Source of the DNA: Paraspadella gotoi
Taxonomy: Eukaryota > Animalia > Chaetognatha
Direction: 5' to 3'
Assembly (NCBI GenBank): GCA_051294375.1
Contig: CM119269.1
Span: 2,832,026 to 2,896,025 of the forward strand
Length of the DNA stretch: 64,000 nucleotides
Shown: piece by piece, positions 1-12,770 of the stretch
Numbering within the stretch: the first letter of the stretch is position 1
How the letters are laid out: the number at the start of each line of letters is the position of its first letter
The notes under the pieces: generated by a model
Seen by the model: only the letters and a program-made list of their open reading frames with translations
Databases searched by the model: none
Told to the model about the DNA's origin: nothing
Translations under genes and position numbers: made by a program

Positions 1-337
1 TAAATTTTCTTATTAGCATTCACATATCCAATTCTTATTTGCACAAAGATTTCAAAACTATTATTTCACTACTCATTAGATTCAATTTTGACCGGGAGAA
101 ATGTCCGTCGACCTCGAAGGAGCACGTCTATCGATTCGTCTTTTCATGGGCTATCTATTGGTGTATGTAGTTTTTAAGTGTTTAAAAATATGTTCTAGGG
201 TGTTACAAAAGCGTTAAAGTCACGTGACGGCACACAAAACATAATTCCATGACTAAGTCAGTAATTTTATTATTTACATGTATATTTTACTCATGCTAGT
301 GTGGTTGAGCTACACGTCCCCCCCCACATCTCCTCAC

Positions 338-1575
338 CTCGGTGAGTACTGTGAGCAGGATCGGGGTAAGGAGCGAAAGGATGCAGCTCTTGTTGGCGTC
401 GCTTCGGTGAGTGGAGAGGAAATACTGAAAGGGTCTTGAGACGGCGAAGCAACGAGTCACGGCGATCATGACCGTGCACCACGCGTTGAGTTCGAGGAAA
501 GTCTCGTAGACGTTTCTGTCGGTGGGGTTGGAGGTTTGAGGGTTGAAGAGGGATGGGTGTCGGGTGAATGGGGAGAGACAAATCGATACAACATCAAAAT
601 ACAAATATCATATATTTCTTAAGTTAGCATTTATATGTCCGTACACAATGTGTACTACACATGGATCAGAAAGGTTAAAATTCCGCGTGATTTCATGACT
701 TCCCTTCTTCCCTTCTTACGCTTCTTATCTGATTTTGTCGTAAATTGTATTTGGTCTCTCTTTTAGGTCTTTAACCCTTACGATAATCACGACCAAATAC
801 GTAGTTAATCCACTTCCATGCAAGTCGAAACATTTTTTTTTACTCACCTAGGCGCTTTACCCGGTATGTCAAGACGAATGACGATAAGTCCGACCAGCAT
901 CAGCACGTCTGACAGAGACAGCAGCACCAGCTGCAGCAACGCCGGGTTAAGCCGCACACGGTTTCCGGTGCCGCCTGAAAGAGGAAAATGAGCAGAAGAG
1001 CATTTTAAAAATCCACCAACCGTTCATCAGCGGCCATTGGTGCAGGAGGCAAGTCATTCGCCTCCCAACCCAAAGGTCCGGGGTTCTAGCCCGGTGGTCG
1101 TCAGGCAGTTAAGAGAGACGGGGCGCTTAACCCGCCTGTAAGCGAAGCTCAGGGACTGCTTATATTGAACGGTTCTGTCACTTACACATAACAATAATTA
1201 CAGTCTCTTCAGCATCTCGTTCATCTGTCAACATCTTTCACGATCTTCACGTCGCTCACCTGCTACTCTTCCTTGCTGGAGAAAGACCGTGATGGTGATA
1301 GCGTTGAGACAGATGCCGACGGCGGCGAAGCTCCAGATGGCGACGCTCCACGGGTTCAGCGGCACTAACGCCTCTTCGTCGTCGTAGTAGGAGTAGTCGC
1401 AGTCGTAATCGTTACAGTCCAGTAACATTTTTTGCTCCAGCGGCGGCGTCAGTCGCTCTTCCAGCGAAGGAGTCATTCGCTCCTGTTCCGACGATCCCTG
1501 CTCCAGGACTGGGGACGCGTCGTACGTATCGTAGCTAAAACTGTAGTAGTTCGGATCCCAACTGTAGCTATACAT
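338..1575 (-). CDS. Class A (rhodopsin-like) GPCR, peptide-receptor-like; TM1-TM4 only, 3' part not resolved in the window
   Basis: Hand-spliced exons 1575-1260, 974-848 and 515-338, all GT-AG and in phase. They give TM1 (AIWSFAAVGICLNAITITVF, with the conserved N), TM2 (LVLLSLSDVLML, LxxxD), TM3 ending IAVTRCFAVSRPF (TRC at the DRY position) and TM4 (CILSLLTPILLTV). Confidence 0.8.
1007..1211 (+). mobile_element. tRNA-Gly(CCC)-derived SINE-like repeat, copy 1, in GPCR intron 1
   Basis: About 200 bp closely similar to 45918-46140 in reverse complement. The tRNA-like head at 1030-1102 has acceptor stem GCGGCCA/TGGTCGT, anticodon loop CTCCCAA and B-box-like GGTTCTAGCC. The anticodon stem does not pair. 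Confidence 0.7.
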
Positions 1576-1664
1576 TATTGGGAGGGTTTTCGGCGGAAAA
1601 AGATGGAGATGTGACGTGGGGGGGGAGGGATTTTCGAAGGCTGCTCGGGTTTTAAATCCAAGTT

Positions 1665-1755
1665 AGCCGATCGGAAGAGGATAAGTTCCTCGGCCGATGG
1701 GGAGAAAATGCGTTTGTGAGCCGATCGAGAAAGGAAGCGTTCGTCAGCCAATCGG
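1665..1755 (+). repeat. Four RGCCRATSG motifs at exact 27-bp spacing
   Basis: Motifs start at 1665, 1692, 1719 and 1746, and the sequence between them is divergent. Confidence 0.6.
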
Positions 1756-1868
1756 GATAAAGAGCTTCATAAATTGCGTTTTTTCTCCATTCGTTTTTTT
1801 TCTTGTCATCATTGTTTTCATTGAACGCCCCTGAGCGACGCTAAGAAAACGACGCGTTTTGGTTGAGC

Positions 1869-1968
1869 CAATCTGGGGGAACGAGGCGGCGTCATCGTTA
1901 AGTCAATCTGGGGGAGCGAGGCGGCGTCATCGTTAAGTCAATCTGGGGGAACGAGGCGGCGTCATCGT
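1869..1968 (+). repeat. 35-bp tandem repeat, about 2.8 copies
   Basis: Unit CAATCTGGGGGAACGAGGCGGCGTCATCGTTAAGT, nearly identical between copies. Confidence 0.9.
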
Positions 1969-2952
1969 GACCCAATTGAAGGGATTTCTCGTTCGAATGA
2001 TGATATTCCTTGATCTCGATATCGAGGCGATCATCGGCGAAGACGAAAAAAAAACAAATGACGCTCGATTTCTGATCAAAGAGAAATAAAATGAAAAGAA
2101 TTAAGGTCATCGAAATGAGACGATTATCCGCTCATGAGAAAACGAAATTTCTATGAGAAAATTGAAAAAAAGTTCGTGAAACTTTATACGTAATAAAACG
2201 TGAATGTTTTCGTGACGGTACAGTTTGAAACAGTTTTTTTTTTTTAGTGAGACAGTGAGAGTTGGGGGTGATGTGAATCGGGAAGGACGAGCCTATGATT
2301 CACGACGACGTCGATGATTACGTAAAGAACCAGATTTAGTTTTGAGAAAAATTAAAGCGAGACTGGTGGGGGGGGGAGAGAGAGAGAGAGAGAGAGAAAG
2401 AGAGACTTTTTTTTTCGAAAAAGAATCCGAACGACCATTTTTTTATTTCGATTTAAAGTATCCTTACGCTTTTTGTTTATTTAAAAAACGTCGAAATGTT
2501 TAAAAATTGAAAATGTTATGAATGGTTCTTTATTCAACGTAATTATAAATAACCTTTTTTTTTCGTATTTTATGATTTCCGTCGGTTTTATTATTTTGAG
2601 AATTTTTTTTTTTTTTTAAATTGTATTTTAGAATTGATTAAATTCGCCCATCGAATCCGCCGCGAGATCACGTAACCATCGACCCCGTCACCCTATCCTC
2701 GACCGCCTTCCGCCGTTCACCCGGCGAAACAACAAACTTCCGCGCGCTAGATCCAAACGCCAATCACTTTCTAATAACTAATTAAATCTAAAACAACGTC
2801 GGAGATAAACGTAAACAATAAACAATAAACACAATTGGTGGTGGAAATAGTTTTGGGTGAACTCCTTTTCACGAGCCGAGTCTCCCTCGTCCCTCGTTTT
2901 CGGCCTCCGGAGATCAACGATCGAGCATTTTCAATCATGATCAAAAAACGAC

Positions 2953-2954
<2 letters not shown>

Positions 2955-3012
<58 letters not shown>

Positions 3013-3013
3013 C
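2955..3013. repeat. (GAC)n microsatellite
   Basis: Perfect run; it produces the poly-R and poly-S ORFs in the track. Confidence 0.95.
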
Positions 3014-3329
3014 ACGATAAGGACAAAGTCGACGACCAGGAAGAAATAATAACAAAATCAGGGCAACGGGAAAAAAAAATTGCTCTTTTTTTTTCTGACT
3101 CCGCCGCCGTCGTCGTTGTTGTTGTTGTTAATGATAAACGAAGATGAATGAGCAAAACCAAAACAAAAGCCGAATTTCGCCGGTCGGAATAAATGAACTT
3201 CGACGACGATGAAGACGACGACGACGACGACGACGAAAACGACAAAATTTCAAGATTAGAGAAACGAATCATTGAATGAAAAATTTAAAATTATCCTTTA
3301 ACAAAGGATTTTGAATATTAGGAAAAAGA

Positions 3330-3335
3330 AGAGAG

Positions 3336-3400
<65 letters not shown>

Positions 3401-3406
3401 AGAGAG
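3330..3406. repeat. (GA)n microsatellite, one of many (for example 9530-9630, 28033-28117, 49281-49360, 49466-49540, 59388-59539, 60453-60537, 62995-63252)
   Basis: Directly visible. Confidence 0.95.
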
Positions 3407-5504
3407 TGCCGAAAAAAAAACGTTCGCACAAAATAATTCTTTTATCTCGAGAGGGAAAAAAAACCCGAGGAACTAAGTAACTATTTGAAAAATAGTAGTT
3501 GGGAATTGTTTACCCGAGAAGAAGACGGCGGGGGTCGGGGAAGGGGGGGTGTTTTAGGGGGTGTTTGAGGGGAGGGGGTGGAGGTCTCTGATTGTCTGGA
3601 CTTTGAGACAAAGAAAATCTTTAGCCTGGAGCAATTGGAGAGTGGAGGCCCTCCACTGGAGGGGTCGTCACTGATTGAAACAAAGAGGACCGAGGTTTCG
3701 CGAGGCGTACATACGACTTTCAGTTGATTTTAAGGAACGTAAATTAATAAATTGATAAATATATAAATAAATAAATAATATTTTTTTTAAATAAGCTCAA
3801 TCAATCTTGAGATATTGTTTATGGGAGAGAAAAAAATTCGCAGAAAAAAATATAAGATTTCTCACCGAGTTGACACGTTCACTTAAATTGTCACGATTTT
3901 ATAATTCTGACGTCACGCTATTCAAAATGTTAAGTTATTCTAAAATGACCTAAACAGTTCGAAAAGTATTACTTTAACGAGTTTCTTTAATTATAAATTT
4001 TTTTTATCGCAAGGATTTTTCGTAGTAAGATTCTTAGTTTCGTCACTCGCAAAAAATGTTTTGAAAATGTGTTAAACTTGAAGTGATAATATTCTTAAAA
4101 ACTAGTTAGGCTCAGGCATAAAAAGTGATAAAACTCACCTGGTTTCAATGGCATTGTTTGAGCGGAGACCATTGTCGCATCTTTCACTTTCATCATTTTC
4201 GTTGTCAGAAAAAAACAATAACATTCTAAAATTAATGCACGCTAATATTTAACGCGTCTGACTGTAGGATTGGAACCCTCGTTCTTCTCCCACTCTTTGG
4301 GCGATTAGCCGAATTTTATAATTAGACATTTGTTTGTGGAGTTTCATATTTTATAAACTTTAAATAATTTAATAAATAAATAAAAAGATTCATCATCAGT
4401 TTTCGAACTCGAGATTTTCAATCCATGTCCAGCTTACTTTTTCTCTCTTCACAAGTTAATTTTTCTTAATGTCAATTATGTTTATTATTTCATTGGTTAA
4501 TGTTTCCATTGTTTATTTATATGAATGTTACTGTTTATATTTTTTGTATATATAGATATTCTTATTGCTTGTCAAATAAGCAGACAGATATCTATATGCT
4601 TTGATTATTTTATTAGCTTTGTTTTTACTATTGAACAAATAAAACTTTTGTCTGTGAGAATTTTTATTATTCACACGAACTTGGAGTCAATTCGCTTTAG
4701 TGACTGTTCGCCACATGACAACCGTCTGCAACGAAATGCCGCATTCTCTTTCCGACTTCCTTCGCACCGAATAAGCGGAGCCAGTAAAAGATGAGCGAAT
4801 GAACAATGCGAATGAAAGATGCGTCACCCAAACTTCATTTTCAGATCATCTTTCTTTTTTTTTTTTCCGCCGAAAGGCGTCGTTCATTTTCGTTCGGTGG
4901 TCTTCGTCGAAATGAATTCGTCAATCATAGCGCCCCGGATCTCTCTTCCCTCTCGCGCCTCTTTAAACCTTTCCCTTCCTCGCCCCACTCCCCTTCTCCG
5001 ACTTTCCTCAACAGGCTGACGACCCTGTTCCCCCTCCATCAACCGCCCACCACCCCCACCCCTGAGTCCGCTCCCCCTCCTTTTCCTCTCTCAATCCATT
5101 CGCCGCGAGAAAAAAAAACATCTCTCGATGTTGTCACGAAATTCGCGCTTGATGAATAGACGATCGTCAACGTCGTTAATTTGTTGTTCAATCTAACGTT
5201 GAAATATTGAATCAATTTAACAACCGCTCTTTTGCCCGCGAGTAGTCAGTCGCAGCGCACCTCTGGATTTAGAAAACCGAGGGGGGGGGGTCAAAGGATC
5301 TTTTTTAAATGGCGCGACGACGAAGATTAAGTTTGTATTAAAATTTATTCTTTTTTAAAAAATACGAGTGCGTTTCTTTTCTCAACTTGATATTTTCTCC
5401 CTCTGCTCCTTCATCTCTTTTTCTCTTTCCTCTTCCTCCTCCTCCTCTTCCACACTTCCTCCTCCTCATCTTCCACACTTCTCCCTCTCGTCCCCCCCCC
5501 CTTT

Positions 5505-5529
5505 NNNNNNNNNNNNNNNNNNNNNNNNN
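5505..5529. other. 25-N assembly gap
   Basis: Exactly 25 N. A second 25-N gap at 16206-16230 is followed by the same sequence (catggcattc). Confidence 0.95.
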
Positions 5530-8500
5530 CATGGCATTCTTAACATTTCTCGGCAATGAAATGGAATGTTATTTTCAAATTTTAAATGTTACTAATAGTA
5601 TATTCATTTAGGCATTTGCGGTTGATATTAAAATTAAACAAAATACAATTGATTGTTGCATTAATTGCTCTTGATTTATTACAGGTCAGTTACAAGTTCT
5701 AACCTTTACCGTGAGATGCAACGAAACGGGAGAGAGAGAGTGAGAAAAAGAGCGAGAGAGAGAGAGACAGAGATGAGAGAGAAATTCAATCAATTCAGAA
5801 ATTTCTTCCTGTTAATTTCTTTGAAGATTGAGGGCGACCCACACCGCGCCATTTATCGGTCATGATGATCCGTAGTAATCCGCGGCCGCCTCGCACATGT
5901 CTGCTTGGCCGCTTTCTAGTGCCCCGCCCGCGACGTTCATATCCTGCTAGCATGAGAACGCACCATCTGGGCATACCTGCTCACAATCCCAGATGTTTGG
6001 ACGAACGGATAGCGCGGTATGGCGGGTCTCGTGATGCTCGCTTCTAAGGTATGCGTTTGTGGATAATAAGGGGGGATGCAAAGTTTTTTTAAGGATAAAA
6101 AAAACTAGTGCGAAATTAGTCAATAATAGATTCTAGGTTTACCAAACATCTACAAATGTAGTTAGATCTACGATACGTTTATTACAAGAATATAGTTAAA
6201 ACGATTTTACTGTTAAATTTTAATTACCGTAGACTCAAACCTCTTGGTTGATTCTGTTGTTAAAACTTTTGCAGTCTTCTGACAAATCCATAAAGGACAG
6301 CAATGTTTGAGAAGATCATTTGATTTCCTGAAAATAAAAAAATAATCTTAAAAAAAAAAGCTTAAAAACTAGTTGGTGTTCCTTACTGTTGGAAAATCCT
6401 CCACAGTTCCCCAATTAATTGCTTCGCTAGTTAACTTTCCCATTTTCTCTCAGTACAGTGAAGTCTCCTGTCTCCGAAGATAAGATATAAATAAACGTTA
6501 TAGTCCACTCAATTTTCATCAGAATCCAATTATATCCAACTCCCCGCCAAAAATTCTAACCTTAAAAGTGACGTCGCCAATCGGAGGAACATCTTCCTCA
6601 CGTCTTCGTCATCTCGCAACCAAAACGTGGACGCGTAATTTGCAGCGGTTCGTCGCGCGCTTCTACCGGTTTTCCTACGACATCGCGACTTGGCCGAGGC
6701 GTCGCCTTTAGAGCTTCCCGCGTGGCAAGGTCTGAGACGCGTAAGCGGATCTTACTTTGATGACGAATGGTAACAAATATGAAACAAGGACGAGAAATAC
6801 GCCCAAAAGAAATTTGGCGGGAAGGAAGTTTAGCAACGCGAATGTTTACAACAGAGACCGCTTACGATTAAAAAAAAAAAATCACGACGTTATTTTTGAA
6901 AAAAAATAGGGAGCAGCAAGTAAAAATGAAATTATAGCACGACACCCCAATTGTAATTAGTTCAAATTTAAGATTTCGCAGATGTCTTAATCAACAAAAT
7001 CGTTTTTCTCATAAACTTTTTTTCTTCAAGTCAAACATCCAGGTTTGATGAAATCCTCGGCGGCTTTGAACGTCATCAGCTCGTCAAACGTGGACCGTGT
7101 AGCCGATTTCAAGTTGTTGACCTCGCGAATCACGAGATTAAAGTAACAAGATTGAATTCGAACTTTTGCGTGACTGCAGAAACACATTTTAATATGTTAT
7201 GGAGATACCGATGATCGAAAACTACTCTTTCGTTAAAACCGCTTTTCGCTTCGTTACGCGTTTCGCTTTTCACTTCTTTTGTTCATAGATTTAAAATTAT
7301 GAAGCTGAATCAGTTAATGAGTGCCAACGTTTAACTATTCTTGCTGCCCCATTAATTTTTACATTGATAGTATTTTGAATATACACTTTCAACATTCGCC
7401 AAGAACGTAGCCTTCATCTTTTTAACTATCGCCAGAAATTAGATTCGCTTTACAATCTGCAATCTAAAATTGCTCTAGATATATAACAACGGAACCACAT
7501 AACGTTCGAAATGGTTTCGGTGTCGAACTAAACCAAAGAATTTCAATCGAATTGAAAGAAATTCGTTGTTTTCTTCCTCCTCCCATCAACATCTGTTTTT
7601 CTTGCGGGGATTCAAAGATCTTACGCTGGAATTTTACAAACATCTCCCATCAATCGTTCACCCGACATCCGACGTTTAATCTAAAGCACTAAACAATTAT
7701 TTCATTCAACTTTACATGCGATTTTTTACGCGAAAATCAGGTAATTTATTGGCCCGCCCAACTCAAAAATCATCTCAGGAAATTCGAAATTTTTCTTTTC
7801 GAGGTTGTAAGCGATATTTCTGGCGAAACTCGTGATCCAGGATCTTATTCTTGAACGGTGCAAATTCGCATACATTTTCTCCCTCGGCGATCGCTTGCGC
7901 CGGCTGCGTCCGAAAAAAAAGTTTCTTTTTTTCTCTCTTTTTTGAGAAATCCGAAACGCCATCTAAAGTTATTCTTTTTTTCGAAGTTTTGACGCCATTG
8001 CGTAACCCAAGCTTCTGACCTTCGCATTGTCTCTTACTCAAAGCGCAAAGGCAAGAGCGAGCATACGGAAGGAAAAATATCTTCGCTCTCCTTTTTACAT
8101 TTTTTTTTTCGGGTTGGCGGCGGCTGCGCAGCGGCTCTATCAGATTATATTTTTCTTTTAAATCTTTAGGCCTAATTTGAAAGATAATAATCAAAATACA
8201 TTTATATATGCCATGCTAATCACTTTAACTATACTAAAAAATGCTATATTCTACTCTTTTTTATACTAGGCGCCTTTCAGTTTCTTTTCTGCCCCGTCTT
8301 TAACCTTTTTTACCAAGCTTACCCAAGTTTGAAAGATGGTTCTACTTTTACTTTTAGAGTGCAATTTTATCCATTTGATCGATTCGTTTAGATGAAGTTT
8401 TAGGCTCGCGATTCAATGTTGGAATTTAAAAAAAAAAAAAAAAAAAAAACAAAAAAGGATGATAAAATCTTCAAGAGACATTTCGGTTTTTGGTGGCGGG

Positions 8501-9561
8501 AATCGGAAAGGCGGGGGGGGACGGGCGCGGAGGATTTCATCTTGAATTCGCTTCTCACGAATTTTAACTATCACTTTCACTTTGCCTAATTTAATTCGCC
8601 CTCATAAATGCGTGAAATGCTTATGCTAACTTCTTTTTCTCGCCCCAGACTGCTCGTTTGCCTTCAGATTTTTCTTAATTTATTTCGCCTCATGAAGTCG
8701 TGATCCGGATTCCTGAATTCTTTAATAAACTTGCCCTGACCACGAGAACCGGCACAGGAAAAAAAAAAAATCGATATAAAAAATATCTTAATATATTTTT
8801 TTTTAACGCCATAGGTAGCACATGGGAAAGAAGAGTCCCGGGCGCCTTTTCGCACGCCGATAACCCATTTTTCGGCTTTCTCTCCGTTATTCTCTGCCTC
8901 TGCGGCTCTCGAGGGGTGCTTGGGCGGGACCCTTTTAACTTTCTTAATTGAATGTTTTCTCTGTTGTATGTATCTGAGAATCGTTTTGTTTGGCGGTTTG
9001 CCTCTTTTCCCGCCTCCGATTCTCGCGCGCAGTGTGCCCGATTTCGAAGCAAGCAGGCTTGACAATCGATCGGGCGTGGGTATATTTATACCGAAAAGAA
9101 TCGAAAGCGGCCCTTTTGAATGTTGCCAATTATTTGCTCAGCTTACGACACAGCGGCAATACAGACAATAAGCAAAATGTTGACAAAACGCTTTTGCAGC
9201 AGATACTCCATGGCACTATTTACGTTTATCAATTTTTAATTTATGAATTGAAAAAAACAAAACTTATTGATTTTATTTCAAAAGACCAAAACCTGCTTTT
9301 TTTAAATATTACTACAAATTAAATTGAACTAGAGTCTCAACGATATTAAACAACAAAAACAACATCGCCTCGCTCCATCAGTGATCCTTAAAATCAATTG
9401 ATAATTCTTATTACAGACCTTCGCCTCTCCCGCTCCTTGCCCCGTTCCTCCAACAAAGCTTTTCAAAGCTAAAACCCATCACCCCTCATTACCCCCTCGC
9501 ACATCAATTCGAAACCGTATTGCCAAATCTCTCCTCTCTCCTCCTCTCTCTCTTCTCTCTC

Positions 9562-9592
<31 letters not shown>

Positions 9593-9598
9593 CTCTCT

Positions 9599-9633
<35 letters not shown>

Positions 9634-10965
9634 CGTACATCGATGAAGCGAACCGCCTAACATTACGAGGGAGAGGGAGAGAAGAAAGCGCCGCTCTCCC
9701 CCCTCCTTTAGTTTTTAGATAGCTGGCCCCTGAACTTGAGCGATAACGTTCGTCTGTCTTTTGGGCCTACGGCGGAGACGATGAAAAGGATCTCGCGCAA
9801 AATTTTCATCTTCTCTTTTTCCTCGTCTTCCTCTTTCTAACCCAAATAAGTCAAAAAAATATATTTTTATCGCCCAATGAAAAGTTTTATTTAAAGCGAC
9901 ATTTATATCTCAATTTTCAGCGCCCCCTTTTCCACTATTTTCAAAAGATTTTTCTTGTGAAGCCCACAATTAAAAATTAAATTAAAACCAAATAAACATT
10001 ACATTTTTGGCAATATACATTCACTTGGTAGTATGATACCACTCCGTAAAAATCCATATTTCCTACTTTTATCCAAAACCTATACTATGAAAGCGTTTGG
10101 CTTACAAAAATAATTCAATAGAATGATTTTGCTTGTCGGTGCTGGTGTTGTGGCTATTCCATACAGACTACCGTTCCTCTTAATTAAAAATGTAATCCGT
10201 GGATAAGAAAAACCGATCTCGACCTCGTGCTTTAAATTGAAACATGGTACCATTTCATTATGATATCATATGTCGGCGCCCTAATTGTACCTGTCCCGTG
10301 CGTCAATCTTTTTTCTTTGTCTAATTGTACACATGATCCCTCTGATTTAAAATCCGGATTTTATTTTAAAAGGAAAAAACAAAAATTTCTACCACTACCG
10401 TACCACGATTTATACTAATTTCCTTGCATGTCTTCGTTTCGATTTTACTGTCCACTTTTCAGTCCTCGCTCCACCTTTTTTTTATTTCGTCTCCCACTTG
10501 TATTTTCCCACTTCAACTCTCCCCTTTTTTCTTTTCAAGCTAGTTTCACTCTCCCGACAAATCGTCGGTGCGATTCAGTTGGCGCGTAATTTTCCCCTGC
10601 GAAATCTTGTGGCAGTACGATGTTGTCATCGTAATTTGGCGCCAAAGCTCAAGTAAGCCAAGTGCAGCTATTAATTTATGCAAAATAACTCATCGCATTT
10701 GCCTTTAGTATCCACAATGCTAAAAAAAAAACAAAAAAAAACTTGTGTAGATCCTCTACTATCTTTTTTTGCGGGTTTTTATTTAATTGACTTCATTTCA
10801 ACTTTTGACTTGTTAAAAGTTCAACGGTTTACCGCTGCCCAGTTCTTTATTTTTCATTTCCAGTTGGATGGTTATTTCCTTCGACTCGCCCTCTACTCCT
10901 ATTCAACGCCTGTTTGCGTCATAAAAGTTTTTTTTTTGTTGCCGCTCTCAGCGTCAGTCAGCGTC

Positions 10966-11025
10966 GTCTTAAGTTCGCCTTAAGTTCGGTCTTAAGTTCG
11001 TCTTAAGTTCGTCTTAAGATTCGTC
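10966..11025 (+). repeat. 11-bp minisatellite (GTCTTAAGTTC)n, about 5 copies; also at 21667-21726 and inverted at about 26800-26865
   Basis: Directly visible, with a palindromic CTTAAG core. Confidence 0.85.
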
Positions 11026-11354
11026 GTCACGCTTCAAAACCTCGTTCGTCGCTGGTTCGTTCCAACATTCGTCGCACATCGTCCCAAGTGCGTTTCTCCC
11101 TTTCCAAATTTTAATCCGCGGTTTAAAATCGAATTAAGTCAATCTTCAAAACGAAGCTGGCTTCTTTGCGGAATTAGATAAATGAACCCGAGTTTCTTTT
11201 TTCTTCAACAGATGCGGCTAAAAAAAAATTCTTCTGGGGTTTCTGTTTTTTAATACCCGTGCGTCAAGTGAAGAAAAGTGTGGAGGTGGAACGACCCCCA
11301 GACACCGGCGGTGGTGCTCGATATTCCACCCATCTTTAATATCGTTTTCTCTTT

Positions 11355-11370
11355 TATTTCTTTCTTTCTC

Positions 11371-11410
<40 letters not shown>

Positions 11411-11424
11411 TCCTTTCTTTCTTT

Positions 11425-11458
<34 letters not shown>
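11355..11458. repeat. (CTTT)n microsatellite; others at 22056-22159, 26360-26472, 32900-33000 and 61223-61325
   Basis: Directly visible. Confidence 0.9.
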
Positions 11459-11459
<1 letters not shown>

Positions 11460-12736
11460 ACGATGTTCTAATATACTTTCCCCACCATCTTTTAACCTCC
11501 ACTCCCCACCTGCCCGATCTAACTCTTCTCCCTCACTGACCTTTTTGCCGCACCCAACACTATCCCTCTCCAACTTAGCCAAGCCTCACCCCCCCTGCTT
11601 GTCGCTTGGCCCACCTCCTCCTCCTCCTCCTCCTCCTCCTGCCTCCCTCCTCCCTCAAACGAGGGGTGGACGGACCTCTGCGTGGCGGGCGCGTTTCTTT
11701 CTTAATTCTCGTTTTTCGCATCGGAGGGGGTCGAAAAAAGACGTCGACGACGTTGTTGAAAACGACGTACGAAGATGCTGGACGACGACGACTTCGTTAG
11801 ATGACCACGACGACCCGTTGACGACGGCAGCGAAGACGATGACCACGACGAGCGTTTGATCACTACGAGGATGATCACTCACGAGGATGAAAACAACGGA
11901 GAACGACGGTTTCCCTCTTTCTAATTTATTGTCAACAACCACTACATTTTAAATTGCCGAGTCAATTTTGACTTTTTTTCTTTGTCTTCGTCAAAATTTT
12001 TAGTAAAACGCGTTTTAAGTACACAGAACGTCTGTATTTACGACCGAAGCTCTCATTGTATTGCGCGAATCTGCAGCAATCTGCAATTTGCAATCGTCAT
12101 CCAACGAAGTTAACTCTTAAAAGAGTAAGGGCGTCAGTAACTTACACAAAAAACTGAAACTTAGTCTATTTTATCTCATAATATATCATTCTAATACGAG
12201 AAAAGAACGCAGAAATAACTGCCGGGATAACGAAGAATGGACAAGCATGTCGTCGACGAAGCCGACACGACGACGACAACGAATTAGCCACTCCTTCAAG
12301 ACAACGACGAAGCGAAACCATAACTTGCGTCGACACGAGACGCAATAAAAGTAACAACGCTTGCTAACAAAGTTTTAGACCGACCGGTGGTTGACGACGA
12401 CGACGACGACGACGACACGATTATTAATTCCACCTGCAAGAGAAGACGCATCGGCCACCCATCGACGAAATCGAGCGAAATAAAACTCACGTTTACGACG
12501 ACGACAGAAGAGACGATGAGAGACGGATAGAGAAAGAGAGACGAGAAAGAGAGAGAGATCGAGAGAAGAGAGAGAGAGAGAGAGGAGAGAGAGGATAGAT
12601 GTCTGCCTGGTTCACGACCACCTCGAACGGGGGCCACCGTTGATTGACAGGTTGATTTGAGAGATATAGTCCTTCGCGTCCAGAACTAGAGTTGAAACTT
12701 TGATGAATAACGAAAAATTGATCTCGTCTCTCTCTC

Positions 12737-12770
<34 letters not shown>

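Noticed and set aside
1030-1102. Functional tRNA-Gly(CCC) gene
   Set aside because: The anticodon stem cannot pair in either copy, and homology extends well beyond the tRNA, so it is a repeat head.
1103-1185. HDV-like (theta) ribozyme after the tRNA-like head
   Set aside because: A P1-like helix GGCAGTT/GACTGCT exists, but P3/L3, the P1.1 GG and J4/2 elements are absent.
1665-1968. CRISPR array
   Set aside because: Eukaryotic context, motifs of only about 9 bp or contiguous tandem units, no unique spacers of proper length and no cas genes.
11250-11942. ORFs of 95-193 aa in block A and its copies
   Set aside because: They derive from (CTTT)n, (CCT)n and GAC-rich runs, and the frames are not conserved in the inverted copy.
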